A stretch of DNA of 32,000 nt, from positions 517,465-549,464 of the forward strand of contig JBBISB010000001.1 in assembly GCA_037441475.1 (NCBI GenBank). The letters run 5' to 3'. The position numbers and the translations under genes are program-made. The notes under the pieces are model-generated. The model was given only the letters and a program-made list of their open reading frames with translations, was not told the DNA's origin and did no database searches. Shown here in pieces: positions 9,028 to 18,548 of this stretch; positions within the stretch are counted from its first letter, which is position 1; the number at the start of each line of letters is the position of its first letter. Origin of the DNA: Candidatus Iainarchaeum sp. (GTDB lineage: Archaea; Iainarchaeota; Iainarchaeia; Iainarchaeales; CSSED10-239).

Positions 9028-9411
9028 ATGAACAAAAGTATAGTTTTAGTAATGGCTTTAGTTTTAGCTGTTACTTTTTTAGTTGTAGTTCAAGTTAAAG
9101 GTGTTAATTGGGCTGATAAAGGTGCTGTTCAAAGTACAGCAAAGTTTGACGTGGATTGGGTAACAGCTGGAGCAGTTTCACTAGAAAAGGACACTAATTC
9201 AACAAAAAAAACAAACTCTGTTGATCAAAACATAGAAATTGAAGAATTAAACAATGTTTTCTTAACAGGTGTAGGAATCACAATTGATAGTTTTGAACCT
9301 TACAATGCTAAATTAAGTGGTGTTGAATCAGAGTACGAAGAATCAGTTGCAGAAGATAGAAGACCTAGACACGGTCTTACAACACAAGACGTATACCCTT
9401 ACAAGTCTTAA
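9028..9411 (+). CDS. Small secreted or membrane-anchored protein
   Basis: MNKSIVLVMALVLAVTFLVVVQVKGVNWADKG signal/anchor, with a GGAG site upstream (aaaaGGAGcaatacagatATG). Confidence 0.6.
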   Translation: MNKSIVLVMALVLAVTFLVVVQVKGVNWADKGAVQSTAKFDVDWVTAGAVSLEKDTNSTKKTNSVDQNIEIEELNNVFLTGVGITIDSFEPYNAKLSGVESEYEESVAEDRRPRHGLTTQDVYPYKS

Positions 9412-9439
9412 GTTTAGGTTATATTAAAAAAATAGTTGT

Positions 9440-9480
9440 AAAGGTTTTTTAAAAAAAATCTTAACCTTTCAACTTTTTTC
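9440..9480 (+). terminator. Hairpin plus poly-T downstream of 9028..9411
   Basis: AAAGGTT...AACCTTT inverted repeat, then T-rich tract ctttttt. Confidence 0.45.
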
Positions 9481-9614
9481 TATTTTTTTTAAAAAATTAT
9501 ACCTTTAAACAGTATTTTTTCTATATATTTCTTAATAACTACATAATTAACATCCCCCTCTAAAGATACCATTTATTAATATTTTCCCTCCATAATTATA
9601 TTTGTGAAGTACAT

Positions 9615-10946
9615 ATGGAACTAAATAATGCAAAAGATATATTTGAAAAGGTAAAACAAGATACTGGTAAAAGTCAAGAAGAACTTTTAACTATTTTAGA
9701 GAAGATAAAAGAAAAATACCAAGGTCTATTATCAGAGGTTGGAGCAAGTATTATGCTTGCAAATCAACTAGGTGTTAATCTTGATATTAAACATTCAACT
9801 TCCTCAATAGTTAAGATAAAAGACTTAGACAATATCCAAGATGCAGCATCTATCTATGCAAGAGTAAAATTTATATCTCCTCCAAGATACTACACTCAAA
9901 AAGACGGTTCTAAAGGAAAGATTTCCTCTCTTTATATCTTTGATGAGACAGGAGAAATAAAGTTAAACCTATGGAATGAACACTCTGACTTTATAAACAA
10001 TTTAAATCTTTTTAAAAATTCAAAAATATTAATAAAAGATGCATATATAACCACTTACAATGATAAAAAAGAACTTTCTCTAAGGCAAGGAGCAACACTT
10101 TTAAAAGATCCTAAGGACTTTCCATTAATCCCTCCAAAGGAAGAAAATTTAGTAGACGTTTCAAACATCTCAGCAACTGAAAAACTAATAGATGTTATTG
10201 GAAGAATAACAGCTATCTATAATAAAAATACTTTTAAAAACAAAGAAGACAAGGACAGAGGAGTTTTAAACTTTGAAGTTTCAGACGGTATTAAGTCTTT
10301 AAAGTTTGTAGCATGGGATCCTTGGCCTGATTACATTTTAGAAAACTTTACAAAAGGAGATTTAATACATTTAGCAGACCTTAAGGTTAAAGAGGGTTTA
10401 TATGAATTAGAGGTTAGCCTTAATTGGTTTTCAACAGTTTTAAAAAATCCACAAACTACTAAAAAAATACCTTCCTTAACAGAGATCTTAACTCTTACAA
10501 AGTCATTAGAGGAAGGAAAGGTTGAGTCTTTAGAGGATGGAAGAAACTATTCTTTAGATGGCTTAATAGTTTCTATTAACAGAAACAACATTAGATTTTT
10601 CAAATGTAAGGAATGTGGAGAAAAGGTACAAATCATAAATGGAGATTTCATTTGTGAAAAATGTTCAAAGGTAGTTGATGTTAATACAAATCTTTTTGGT
10701 TCCATTGATATTGATGATGGAACTGGTATCTTAAAGGTTGTTTTCTTCTCTGACTTAGCTGAAAAGGTATACAAGCTTAATAAAGAGGATTTAAAGAAGG
10801 ACTTAACAGAGGAAGATAAATTAACAATCTTTGATAGACTTGAAAATGAGCTTTTAGGAAAAATGGTTAAAATCTCTGGAAGAGCAAAATTAAGTAGTTT
10901 TTCTTCAAGAATTGAGTTTTTAGCAGATTCTGTTGAGGTTGTTTAG
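9615..10946 (+). CDS. RPA-like single-stranded DNA-binding protein (OB folds with zinc ribbon)
   Basis: Repeated OB-fold segments such as 'VSNISATEKLIDVIGRITAIYNKNTFKNKEDKDRGVLNFEVSDG', and a zinc finger FFKCKECGEKVQIINGDFICEKCSK. Confidence 0.85.
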   Translation: MELNNAKDIFEKVKQDTGKSQEELLTILEKIKEKYQGLLSEVGASIMLANQLGVNLDIKHSTSSIVKIKDLDNIQDAASIYARVKFISPPRYYTQKDGSKGKISSLYIFDETGEIKLNLWNEHSDFINNLNLFKNSKILIKDAYITTYNDKKELSLRQGATLLKDPKDFPLIPPKEENLVDVSNISATEKLIDVIGRITAIYNKNTFKNKEDKDRGVLNFEVSDGIKSLKFVAWDPWPDYILENFTKGDLIHLADLKVKEGLYELEVSLNWFSTVLKNPQTTKKIPSLTEILTLTKSLEEGKVESLEDGRNYSLDGLIVSINRNNIRFFKCKECGEKVQIINGDFICEKCSKVVDVNTNLFGSIDIDDGTGILKVVFFSDLAEKVYKLNKEDLKKDLTEEDKLTIFDRLENELLGKMVKISGRAKLSSFSSRIEFLADSVEVV

Positions 10947-11085
10947 TTTATTTTTTTTAAAAAAAGGGGTTTATAAAAAACACTTTTTGTTTTTCTATTT
11001 TTTATTATAAAAAACCTACTTCTCTGTTTAAAAAGTATTTGTTACATTATTTTTTTAATAAGAAAAATTATTTAGTGTGGTTGTT

Positions 11086-12030
11086 ATGATGGAAATATTA
11101 TCTTTTACAAAGAAAGGAATACAAGAAATTAAGGTTGTTAAGAAAAACACCTGGATAAACCTCTACAATCCGTCTGATGCTGATCTTTTAAAGTTATCAA
11201 AAATCTTAAAGTTAAAAGAAAAAGACTTTAAAGATCTTTTAAATGATATAGAGTCTATTTCTGATGATGATGAAATTCCTTTATTTGAACAAAAGAAATA
11301 TGGTCTTAATTTCTTTATTATAAAAACACCACAAGAGGCAACAGGTTCCTTTGATCAGGATTACATGACTATTCCTTTAGGTCTTATTTTAACTAATGAT
11401 TTATTAATAACTATTTCCTATAGAAAAAACAATGTTATCTCTAGAATGAAACTTAAAAAATTTGATTTTTCTCCACTTTATTTTACCTTAAGGTTATTTT
11501 TAGTAACCTCAAGATTTTATCTTCATTTTTTAAAATTGATTGATAAGAGATTAAGAAAGCTTGAAGATAAGCTTGAAAATAAACAAAATAACACTGAAAT
11601 TTCTTATCTTTTAGATATTCAAAAGTCCTTAGTATATTTTAATACCTCTATCATTAACAATCAGATATTGTTTGAAAAGGTTTCAAGAGTTGAATATTTT
11701 ATAAGAGATGAAGTAAATAAAGAGGTTTTACAAGATGTTTTGGATGAAAATAGGCAAGCTATGCAAACCACTCAGATTTATTCTGATAACATAAAGCACA
11801 CTTTAACAGTTATTTCTTCAATGATATCAAATAACTTAAACAGGAATGTTAAGTTTTTAACCTCTGTTTCAATCATTATCGCCATACCTACTTTGGTTGC
11901 AAGTTTTTATGGTATGAATGTAGATCTTCCTTTCCAGGATGATCCTGTTGCCTTTGGTTTAATACTTGCAATCTCTGTTATTATTTCAATAGGTATTGGT
12001 CTTTTCTTATGGTTTAAGAAGTTGTTTTAA
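11086..12030 (+). CDS. CorA-like divalent metal ion transporter
   Basis: C-terminal two-helix region with YGMN motif: LVASFYGMNVDLPFQDDPVAFGLILAISVIISIGIGLFLWFKKLF. The track starts at GTG 11077, but an ATG at 11086 or 11089 is likely. Confidence 0.85.
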   Translation: MMEILSFTKKGIQEIKVVKKNTWINLYNPSDADLLKLSKILKLKEKDFKDLLNDIESISDDDEIPLFEQKKYGLNFFIIKTPQEATGSFDQDYMTIPLGLILTNDLLITISYRKNNVISRMKLKKFDFSPLYFTLRLFLVTSRFYLHFLKLIDKRLRKLEDKLENKQNNTEISYLLDIQKSLVYFNTSIINNQILFEKVSRVEYFIRDEVNKEVLQDVLDENRQAMQTTQIYSDNIKHTLTVISSMISNNLNRNVKFLTSVSIIIAIPTLVASFYGMNVDLPFQDDPVAFGLILAISVIISIGIGLFLWFKKLF

Positions 12031-12033
12031 ATT

Positions 12034-12918
12034 TTATTTTGTAGTTTCAACTCTTTTCCATATCTCTTTTTGAGATTTATTTTTAATATTTATATCTCTA
12101 TAAATAACAATCCATAGATATATTCTTGCAAAAATAAGTTGAATAAACCAAAAAGATTCTCTTATGTTTGTAATATATTTTAATAATCCAAAAACACCAG
12201 ATCCTTCTGATTTAAATGACCTTACTGTAAAGTTTGTCATTTTTTTAATCTGATTGTAACCTCCAGCACTTCTTTTCTTTTGAATTATCCAGTCTTTAAA
12301 AGTAGTTGGATATTTAACATACACTTTTGCTTCTGGTGCATATTTAATAGTGTATCCTTTTTCATATACTTTAAAAGAGATATATCCATCTTCAGATAAA
12401 AGGTTTTCTGGAAGTTTTGGAAATAATTTTTTTCTAATTGCAAATAAATATCCAGTACAAAAAAACTGTTTATTTTTATTTAATGTTTTTTTCCTTATAT
12501 CGTGAGCAATGTTTGTTAAAATATATGCCCAGTAACCTAATTTTGTTTTCTTTGAATCTAGGGAAATTACATTTCCAGAAACAGCACCAACTTTTTCATC
12601 TTTAAATGGTTTGGTTAGTTCAAGGACAGATTTATTATTAACATACACGTCTCCATCTGTAAATATTAAAATATCTCCTTTTGCTTTTGAGACAACAAGG
12701 TTTAAGGCAGCTGGTTTTCCTTCTCCTTTATCTTTAATGATGGTTACTTGTTTATATTTTCTTGCAACAGAGAGTGTTTCTTCGTCAGGAGCAGTAACAA
12801 TAAGTTCTAAATCTTTTATTTTTTGATTTAAGATGCTCTCAATTGCTCTTCCAATAGTTTTTGGTTCTTTAAAAGATGTGATAATAAAGCTTATTTTCAT
12901 ATTATTATAAGAGCGCAT
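12034..12918 (-). CDS. Family 2 glycosyltransferase
   Basis: 'ISFIITSFKEPKTIGRAIESILNQKIKDLELIVT...ILIFTDGDVYVN' GT-A fold pattern and C-terminal membrane segment. Confidence 0.85.
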   Translation of the reverse strand: MRSYNNMKISFIITSFKEPKTIGRAIESILNQKIKDLELIVTAPDEETLSVARKYKQVTIIKDKGEGKPAALNLVVSKAKGDILIFTDGDVYVNNKSVLELTKPFKDEKVGAVSGNVISLDSKKTKLGYWAYILTNIAHDIRKKTLNKNKQFFCTGYLFAIRKKLFPKLPENLLSEDGYISFKVYEKGYTIKYAPEAKVYVKYPTTFKDWIIQKKRSAGGYNQIKKMTNFTVRSFKSEGSGVFGLLKYITNIRESFWFIQLIFARIYLWIVIYRDINIKNKSQKEIWKRVETTK

Positions 12919-12951
12919 ATTCTTATAAACTTTTTGTAATTAGTTTATTTA

Positions 12952-14043
12952 GTGAAGTTTATGAAAATAGCATTTATTGTGCCTTATTTTTCTGGATTTG
13001 GATCTAACGAATCTGAGGTTGTAAAGGAGTTAATGAGAAGAGGGCATGGTGTGACTATTTTTACTACTAATTTAAGGTCTGGATCAAGACTTCAAGATAT
13101 TTCTTTTTCTCAAAATAATAAGTTTAATATAAAGTATGTTAAAGTCCTACATAATTTCACTGGGTGGCCTTTAACAGTTAATTTTTCTAGTCAATTAAAA
13201 GATTTTGATTTAATTATGGCTCAAGAGGATTATCAATATATGTCTTATATTGGTTTTCTTTCTGCAAAGAAATATAATATTAAAATTATTGTTTCTAATG
13301 AAAGATATTATCTGCCTAGTTTTCCAAAATCTTTATTTTTAAAAGTAATTGAAGCTATATATACTAAGAGATTAAGAAATTTTATTCCATTTATAACAGT
13401 TCATGCAGGTAGTGCGAAAAAATATTTAAGAGAAGTGGGTTTTAAAAAACCAGTTAAAGTTATTTTCACGGCTTTAACTTTAAATAATTTTAAAGTTAAA
13501 AAATCTGGTTACGTTAGGAAAAAATATAATTTACTTAAAAAAGATATAATTGTTTTAACTATTGGAAGGTTAGTTGAATTTAAAAACTATAGTTTATTAA
13601 TTGAAAAGTTTTCTAAACTGCCTTTAAATTATAAATTAATAATAGTTGGAAAGGGGTATTTAGAAGATGATTTTAAAAAATATCTTTCTGATAATTCAAT
13701 TAAGAATGTAATTTTAGAAACAAATTTCATTGAACCTGATTTGATAAAAGAATATATTTTATCTTCTGATATTTATATTCAACCAAGCTTAATTGAACCT
13801 TTTGGAATTGCTGTAAGAGAAGCCATGGCACTATGTAAGCCTATAATTGTTACAAAAGAGGGGGGTATGATTGAGGCAATTAATAACAATGGATTTTATA
13901 TTCCAAAAGACTTGTCTGGGCTAAAAGAAAAAATAGATAGTTGCTATAAAAAGAGAGTTTTGTTTGGAAATAATTCTTTACGTTTAGTAAAAGATTATGA
14001 TGTAAAAAAGATAGTTGATCAATATTTAGATTTAATTAAATAA
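12952..14043 (+). CDS. Family 4-like (GT-B) glycosyltransferase
   Basis: 'VPYFSGFGSNESEVVKELMRRGHGVTIFTTN', 'VLTIGRLVEFKNYSLLIEKFSKL', 'DIYIQPSLIEPFGIAVREAMALCKPIIVTKEGGMIE'. Confidence 0.9.
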   Translation: MKFMKIAFIVPYFSGFGSNESEVVKELMRRGHGVTIFTTNLRSGSRLQDISFSQNNKFNIKYVKVLHNFTGWPLTVNFSSQLKDFDLIMAQEDYQYMSYIGFLSAKKYNIKIIVSNERYYLPSFPKSLFLKVIEAIYTKRLRNFIPFITVHAGSAKKYLREVGFKKPVKVIFTALTLNNFKVKKSGYVRKKYNLLKKDIIVLTIGRLVEFKNYSLLIEKFSKLPLNYKLIIVGKGYLEDDFKKYLSDNSIKNVILETNFIEPDLIKEYILSSDIYIQPSLIEPFGIAVREAMALCKPIIVTKEGGMIEAINNNGFYIPKDLSGLKEKIDSCYKKRVLFGNNSLRLVKDYDVKKIVDQYLDLIK

Positions 14044-14998
14044 AACGTCTTTTAAATTTAAGTACATTATTTATTATTATTTTTGGTAAAAAACTTATAA
14101 TGTAATAAATCATTATTTTATTTAAATGTCCAAATAGTTTAAAATATTTTTTAGAATATTTTTTAACTTCTTTAAAATTTTGTTTGTGGAAATTATAAAA
14201 TATTTCTGTTTCTAATACATCTTTATTATTTGTTTTTTTAGGATTTATTTTTAATATACTGTTTGGATTAAATATATTATACTCGTCGTTTCCATATTTA
14301 ATTCTTTGATGATAAAATTCAATTGCTTTTTTATAAAATAATAGTTGTTTATTTCTTTTTTCCATTGACGTTTGAGTATCATGTACTCTATAGTTAAATA
14401 AAATATCTGGAATATTTGTTAATACTTTATTTTCTGAGAGTAATTGTAAAAAAAAATCTACATCTTGAGCATAATATATTTTTTCACGATATCTAATCTC
14501 AGTGTTATTTCTAAACATTATACTTGGGTGGCAAATCCTATTAGTTCCTGAAATTATTTCTTTTTTAATTTTTTCTGAGGTTGTAAGTGTTTTAATTTTA
14601 TTTAATATTTTTCCATCTTTGTCAATATAATTATTTCCAGTGCCTATTAAAAACACATCTTTGTGTTTTTCTAAATAATTAACTTGTTTTTCAAACCTAT
14701 CTGGTAAAGATATGTCGTCATGATCCATCATTGCTATATATTTCCCTTTGGCAATATTTAGTCCTTTATTTGATGAAAGAGATATTCCTAAATTTTTATC
14801 ATTATTAATAATTATTATTCTTTTATCTTTTGTTTGGTACTTTTTTATAGTTTCTAGTGTGTTATCTGTTGATGCATCGTTAATTATTATAAATTCAAAA
14901 TTAGAGTATGTTTGGTTAAGTATACTTTTTATGGTGGGGTGTATTAATTGTCCTGAATTATATACAGGCATCACAACGCTAATAATTATTTTTGTCAT
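14036..14998 (-). CDS. Family 2 glycosyltransferase
   Basis: 'ISVVMPVYNSGQLIHPTIKSILNQTYSNFEFIIINDASTDNTLETI...YIAMMDHDDISLP'. Confidence 0.92.
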   Translation of the reverse strand: MTKIIISVVMPVYNSGQLIHPTIKSILNQTYSNFEFIIINDASTDNTLETIKKYQTKDKRIIIINNDKNLGISLSSNKGLNIAKGKYIAMMDHDDISLPDRFEKQVNYLEKHKDVFLIGTGNNYIDKDGKILNKIKTLTTSEKIKKEIISGTNRICHPSIMFRNNTEIRYREKIYYAQDVDFFLQLLSENKVLTNIPDILFNYRVHDTQTSMEKRNKQLLFYKKAIEFYHQRIKYGNDEYNIFNPNSILKINPKKTNNKDVLETEIFYNFHKQNFKEVKKYSKKYFKLFGHLNKIMIYYIISFLPKIIINNVLKFKRRFI

Positions 14999-15897
14999 AC
15001 TTTAATGTATTGTCCATATTTTTTTAAGTTTTTTAATATATGTTTAGGCCAGTTTTTACCCACTTTTTTTAATTTTAATTTTTTATTAGATGTAAGGTGT
15101 ATATTTTTGTTAATTTTATTTAATAGAGTTTGGTAGTTATTATATTCTTTTGTATTATATTCTTGATGTGCATAAGAATTAAGTTTAATTTGTATTTGGG
15201 CTACATTTCCTAAATATGAAAAATGCCAGCCACCATTAATAATTGATTTTGCATTGTCTTTAACATCTCTTATTGTCTGTATTTTAGAATTAAATAGGTT
15301 TTTTAAATTAAAATAATTAGTTATAGTTGTACCCATCCATTTGCTATCATATAAATTTAAATAGTAAAAAAACATGTCTTGTCTAAATGTAATATAATTG
15401 TTTTTTGAAATAAAGGCAGATACAATTTTGTTGTATGCTTTTTTTAGTGAAAAAAAACTTTTTTTATATTTTTGAATTAATTTATCAGAATAGTTAAATA
15501 TAGTATTTATTTTAAATAATAGTGGTATTATTTTATTTTTATTATTTGTAATAAAACTAAAATTTATTAGTTTAGGAATTTCGTCTACATCTGATATCAT
15601 TATTATGTCTTCATCTTTGCAATTTTTAAGTCCTTTTATTATTGCATTTCGTTGAAAATATTCGGCTTCCCAAGCACTATTAAACTTTGGCAGATTTAAT
15701 TTAATATATATAATTTGGTTTTTGAATTTTTTATATCTATTTATGTTTTTTTCTATTAAAAATTCTTTTTGTATTCCTGTAAATGTTTTATCTGCCTCTA
15801 CAATTACAAAATAATCCACCTTTTCTGAAAGTTCATGTAATCTTATTTCCAACAAGTCCAGTTCATTATAAAATGTGAAACAATCGTATATTTTCAT
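14995..15897 (-). CDS. Glycosyltransferase, family 17-like
   Basis: 'MKIYDCFTFYNELDLLEIRLHELSEKVDYFVIVEADKTFTG' and 'DIIMISDVDEIPK' are typical of GT17. Confidence 0.8.
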   Translation of the reverse strand: MKIYDCFTFYNELDLLEIRLHELSEKVDYFVIVEADKTFTGIQKEFLIEKNINRYKKFKNQIIYIKLNLPKFNSAWEAEYFQRNAIIKGLKNCKDEDIIMISDVDEIPKLINFSFITNNKNKIIPLLFKINTIFNYSDKLIQKYKKSFFSLKKAYNKIVSAFISKNNYITFRQDMFFYYLNLYDSKWMGTTITNYFNLKNLFNSKIQTIRDVKDNAKSIINGGWHFSYLGNVAQIQIKLNSYAHQEYNTKEYNNYQTLLNKINKNIHLTSNKKLKLKKVGKNWPKHILKNLKKYGQYIKV

Positions 15898-15968
15898 AAT
15901 AATCTTTTTTATGTGAATTTAGTGGTAATTACATATTAATATTAATTTATAACAAATTAATTAATTTT

Positions 15969-16943
15969 TTACATTTTAATTAATTCTACACACATAGTAT
16001 CTGAATTTTTGTAAACTATATGATAAATGCTATTTGATATTTTTCTTATTGGATATACATTTAAAACATTATATATGGTTTTTTTCCAATCATTTTTAAT
16101 TATTTGATTTGGAGTTATGTTTTTTTTATGTTTATTATATATTTTTTTAATTAATTCATTTTTATCTGAGGTTAAAACATTCGTTGTTATAAAATTACAT
16201 TTAAATTTATTATTTTTAGCTAACTTTTCTATACTTTTTTTACTAAACCAAATAGTGTGTACTGGAGGAAGGTCTGTATGCCATATCATTTTTTTAGAAT
16301 AATTATCTTTATTAGGAGTTGATATTAACATTTTTCCATTTTTATTAAGTAAGTTATAACATTTATTAATAAATGAATTGTAATCTGAAAGATGCTCAAT
16401 AAGTTCTGTTGCAATAATTAAATCGTATTTTTGATTAATACTATCTATTGTTGTTTTAATATAATTGTTTTGACCGTAATTTTTTTTTGCATATTTTATT
16501 GCATTTTCTGATATGTCTATACCATTCGCATTATAACCTTCTTTGTTAAGAGCATATGTGAAGTACCCGTATCCACAGCCAATTTCTAAGATTTTAATGT
16601 TTTTATTTAGAGGTATTTTTTTAATTATAGTGTAAGATGGTTCTTGTTTTAATAACCATTTAAGAGGCTTATTTTTTGCTTTAATTTTTTGGGCATACTT
16701 AAAATATCGATCATATCCTGGTGTCTTATTAGTTGAATATATTTTATCGTATATTTGTGTATCTAATTTTGTTGTGTTAATAAATTGAATGTCGCATTTT
16801 AGGCATTCAAAAATATCATTTTTTATATTATAATATCCTTCTAAATTTGAACATTTTAATTTTGTGTTTTTAGATTTACAAATAGGGCAAATACAGTTTA
16901 AACGATTTTTTTTTTTCATATATTTATTTCTAAATAAAACCAT
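15969..16943 (-). CDS. Class I SAM-dependent methyltransferase with N-terminal zinc-ribbon-like motif
   Basis: 'CPICKSKNTKLKCS' plus 'ILEIGCGYGYFTYALNKEGYNANGIDIS' and 'YDLIIATELIEHLSDY'. Confidence 0.88.
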   Translation of the reverse strand: MVLFRNKYMKKKNRLNCICPICKSKNTKLKCSNLEGYYNIKNDIFECLKCDIQFINTTKLDTQIYDKIYSTNKTPGYDRYFKYAQKIKAKNKPLKWLLKQEPSYTIIKKIPLNKNIKILEIGCGYGYFTYALNKEGYNANGIDISENAIKYAKKNYGQNNYIKTTIDSINQKYDLIIATELIEHLSDYNSFINKCYNLLNKNGKMLISTPNKDNYSKKMIWHTDLPPVHTIWFSKKSIEKLAKNNKFKCNFITTNVLTSDKNELIKKIYNKHKKNITPNQIIKNDWKKTIYNVLNVYPIRKISNSIYHIVYKNSDTMCVELIKM

Positions 16944-16955
16944 TTATATACTTTT
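16943..16955 (+). promoter_or_regulatory. Putative TATA promoter of csp copy A
   Basis: TTTATATACTTTTC about 260 bp upstream of the ATG. The same motif sits about 630 bp downstream before copy B. Confidence 0.45.
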
Positions 16956-17211
16956 CTAAACCATAATTATATCATAAATATGATGAGTAACTAAAAAGTG
17001 AATAGTAAAAAATAAAAAATAATTAAAAAAATGTTTAATAAAAATGAAAACCTTAAATCTCCTATTCTAGAAGCATTTAACATTATTCCTTTCAAATAAA
17101 AACTATTTTTAATAAATAAATTTAATTACTTTTTAAAATTCCTTATACCTTGCTTATTATATAAAAAAAGAAAAAATAACAAAAAAATATAAAAAAAAGA
17201 GTGAATAAAAT

Positions 17212-17402
17212 ATGAATGGTACTGTTAAATTCTACAACTTCAAGAAAAATTTTGGCTTATAACTGGAGAAGATGGTAAAGATTACTTTGTCCATAGTTCA
17301 GGAATAGCTAACAACGAAAGTATAAAGGATGGTATGCCTGTTAAATTCGATGTTACTGAAGATGATAAAGGTCAAAAAGCTATAAATGTTAAAAAAGCTT
17401 AA
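17212..17402 (+). pseudogene. Cold-shock-domain protein, copy A, single-base deletion frameshift
   Basis: MNGTVKFYNFKKNFG then TTA TAA. Restoring one base (ggctt-ATA, compared with ggtttcATA in copy B) gives ITGEDGKDYFVHSSGIANNESIKDGMPVKFDVTEDDKGQKAINVKKA*. Confidence 0.8.
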
Positions 17403-17572
17403 GTTTATTTATAAATTAATACTTAAATAACAAATTTAGTTTTATACTTTACATTAAAACAAAAAATTAATCTTTTTTCCCTTAAAAAGAAGAAAGCTTA
17501 ATTTTTTTTCTATTTTTACTGTTCCTTAAATTTTTATTGTTAGTTATCTATTTTTTTCTTAAAACAATTATC

Positions 17573-17586
17573 TTTATATACTTTTC
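17573..17586 (+). promoter_or_regulatory. Putative TATA promoter of csp copy B
   Basis: TTTATATACTTTTC about 260 bp upstream of the copy B ATG. Confidence 0.45.
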
Positions 17587-17836
17587 TTAACTATAATATT
17601 ATTACAAATATAGTAAGATTACGTTTAAAAAAGAAAACATAAATTTAGTTAAAAAAACATTTAATAAAAATAAAAAACCATTAAATCTCTTTTATTATTT
17701 TAAAAAAAGAAGCATTTAACATCATTCCTTACAAAAAACCCTATTTTTAATAAATAAAATTAAGTTTATACTTCTTCTCTAAAGGTACTTATTATATAAA
17801 AAAACAAAAAAAATATAAAAAAAGAGTGAATAAAAT

Positions 17837-18028
17837 ATGAATGGTACTGTTAAATTCTATAATTTTAAAAAAAACTTTGGTTTCATAACTGGTGAGGACG
17901 GAAAAGATTACTTCGTTCATAGTACAGGAATAGCAAACGACCAAATGATTAAAGACGGAATGCCTGTAACTTTTGATGTTACACAAGATGATAAAGGACA
18001 AAAAGCTATTAACGTTAAAAAAATGTAA
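17837..18028 (+). CDS. Cold-shock-domain (CspA-like) protein
   Basis: MNGTVKFYNFKKNFGFITGEDGKDYFVHSTGIANDQMIKDGMPVTFDVTQDDKGQKAINVKKM with KNFGFI and DYFVH RNP motifs. Confidence 0.93.
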   Translation: MNGTVKFYNFKKNFGFITGEDGKDYFVHSTGIANDQMIKDGMPVTFDVTQDDKGQKAINVKKM

Positions 18029-18079
18029 TTTTTTAATAGAATAATGCTTTTTTAAAGCTTTTAAGCTTTCCATAATTTT

Positions 18080-18115
18080 AAAAAAAGTCTTTCTTTTAAA
18101 AAGAGGGCTTTTTTT
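18080..18115 (+). terminator. Hairpin with poly-T downstream of csp copy B
   Basis: AAAAAAAGtctttcttttaaaaagaggGCTTTTTTT self-complementary with T tract. Confidence 0.5.
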
Positions 18116-18548
18116 AACTTTATTTCTACCTTATTTTAAAAATTACTACTTTATTTTTAATTCACGCTCTGTATAATATACATAATTTTTTTGAACAAAC
18201 ATATATATACTTTTCGTTAACTTTAAAAAATTAACCCTCAAAAGCTCGCTTTTAGCTATTTTTTACCACTTTTCCTTCATTTTCTAAACTAAATCAAATT
18301 ATAATGGTTTTACCTTATAATTATTTTATAATTTCTGCTTTTTTGATAAAAAACTTTACAGTTATTTTATATAACAAAAAAGAGGTTAGTGAAAGAAGAA
18401 AGAAAAAGTACTCTTAAATTAATAAGAAAAGCTTAATTTCTTTTTTCGGCAACGACCTCTCCCTCCCCTTTATGCTTTATATAGGAAAATAAAGCTAATA
18501 TATATAACATTAATAAATTTTTAAAAAAAACAAAAGTGGAATGATTAA

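Noticed and set aside
17792-18073. Minus-strand ORF over csp copy B
   Set aside because: Antisense to a recognised cold-shock protein.
18440-18480. G-quadruplex on the minus strand (GGGGAGGGAGAGG)
   Set aside because: It lacks four runs of three or more G, so a canonical quadruplex is not supported.
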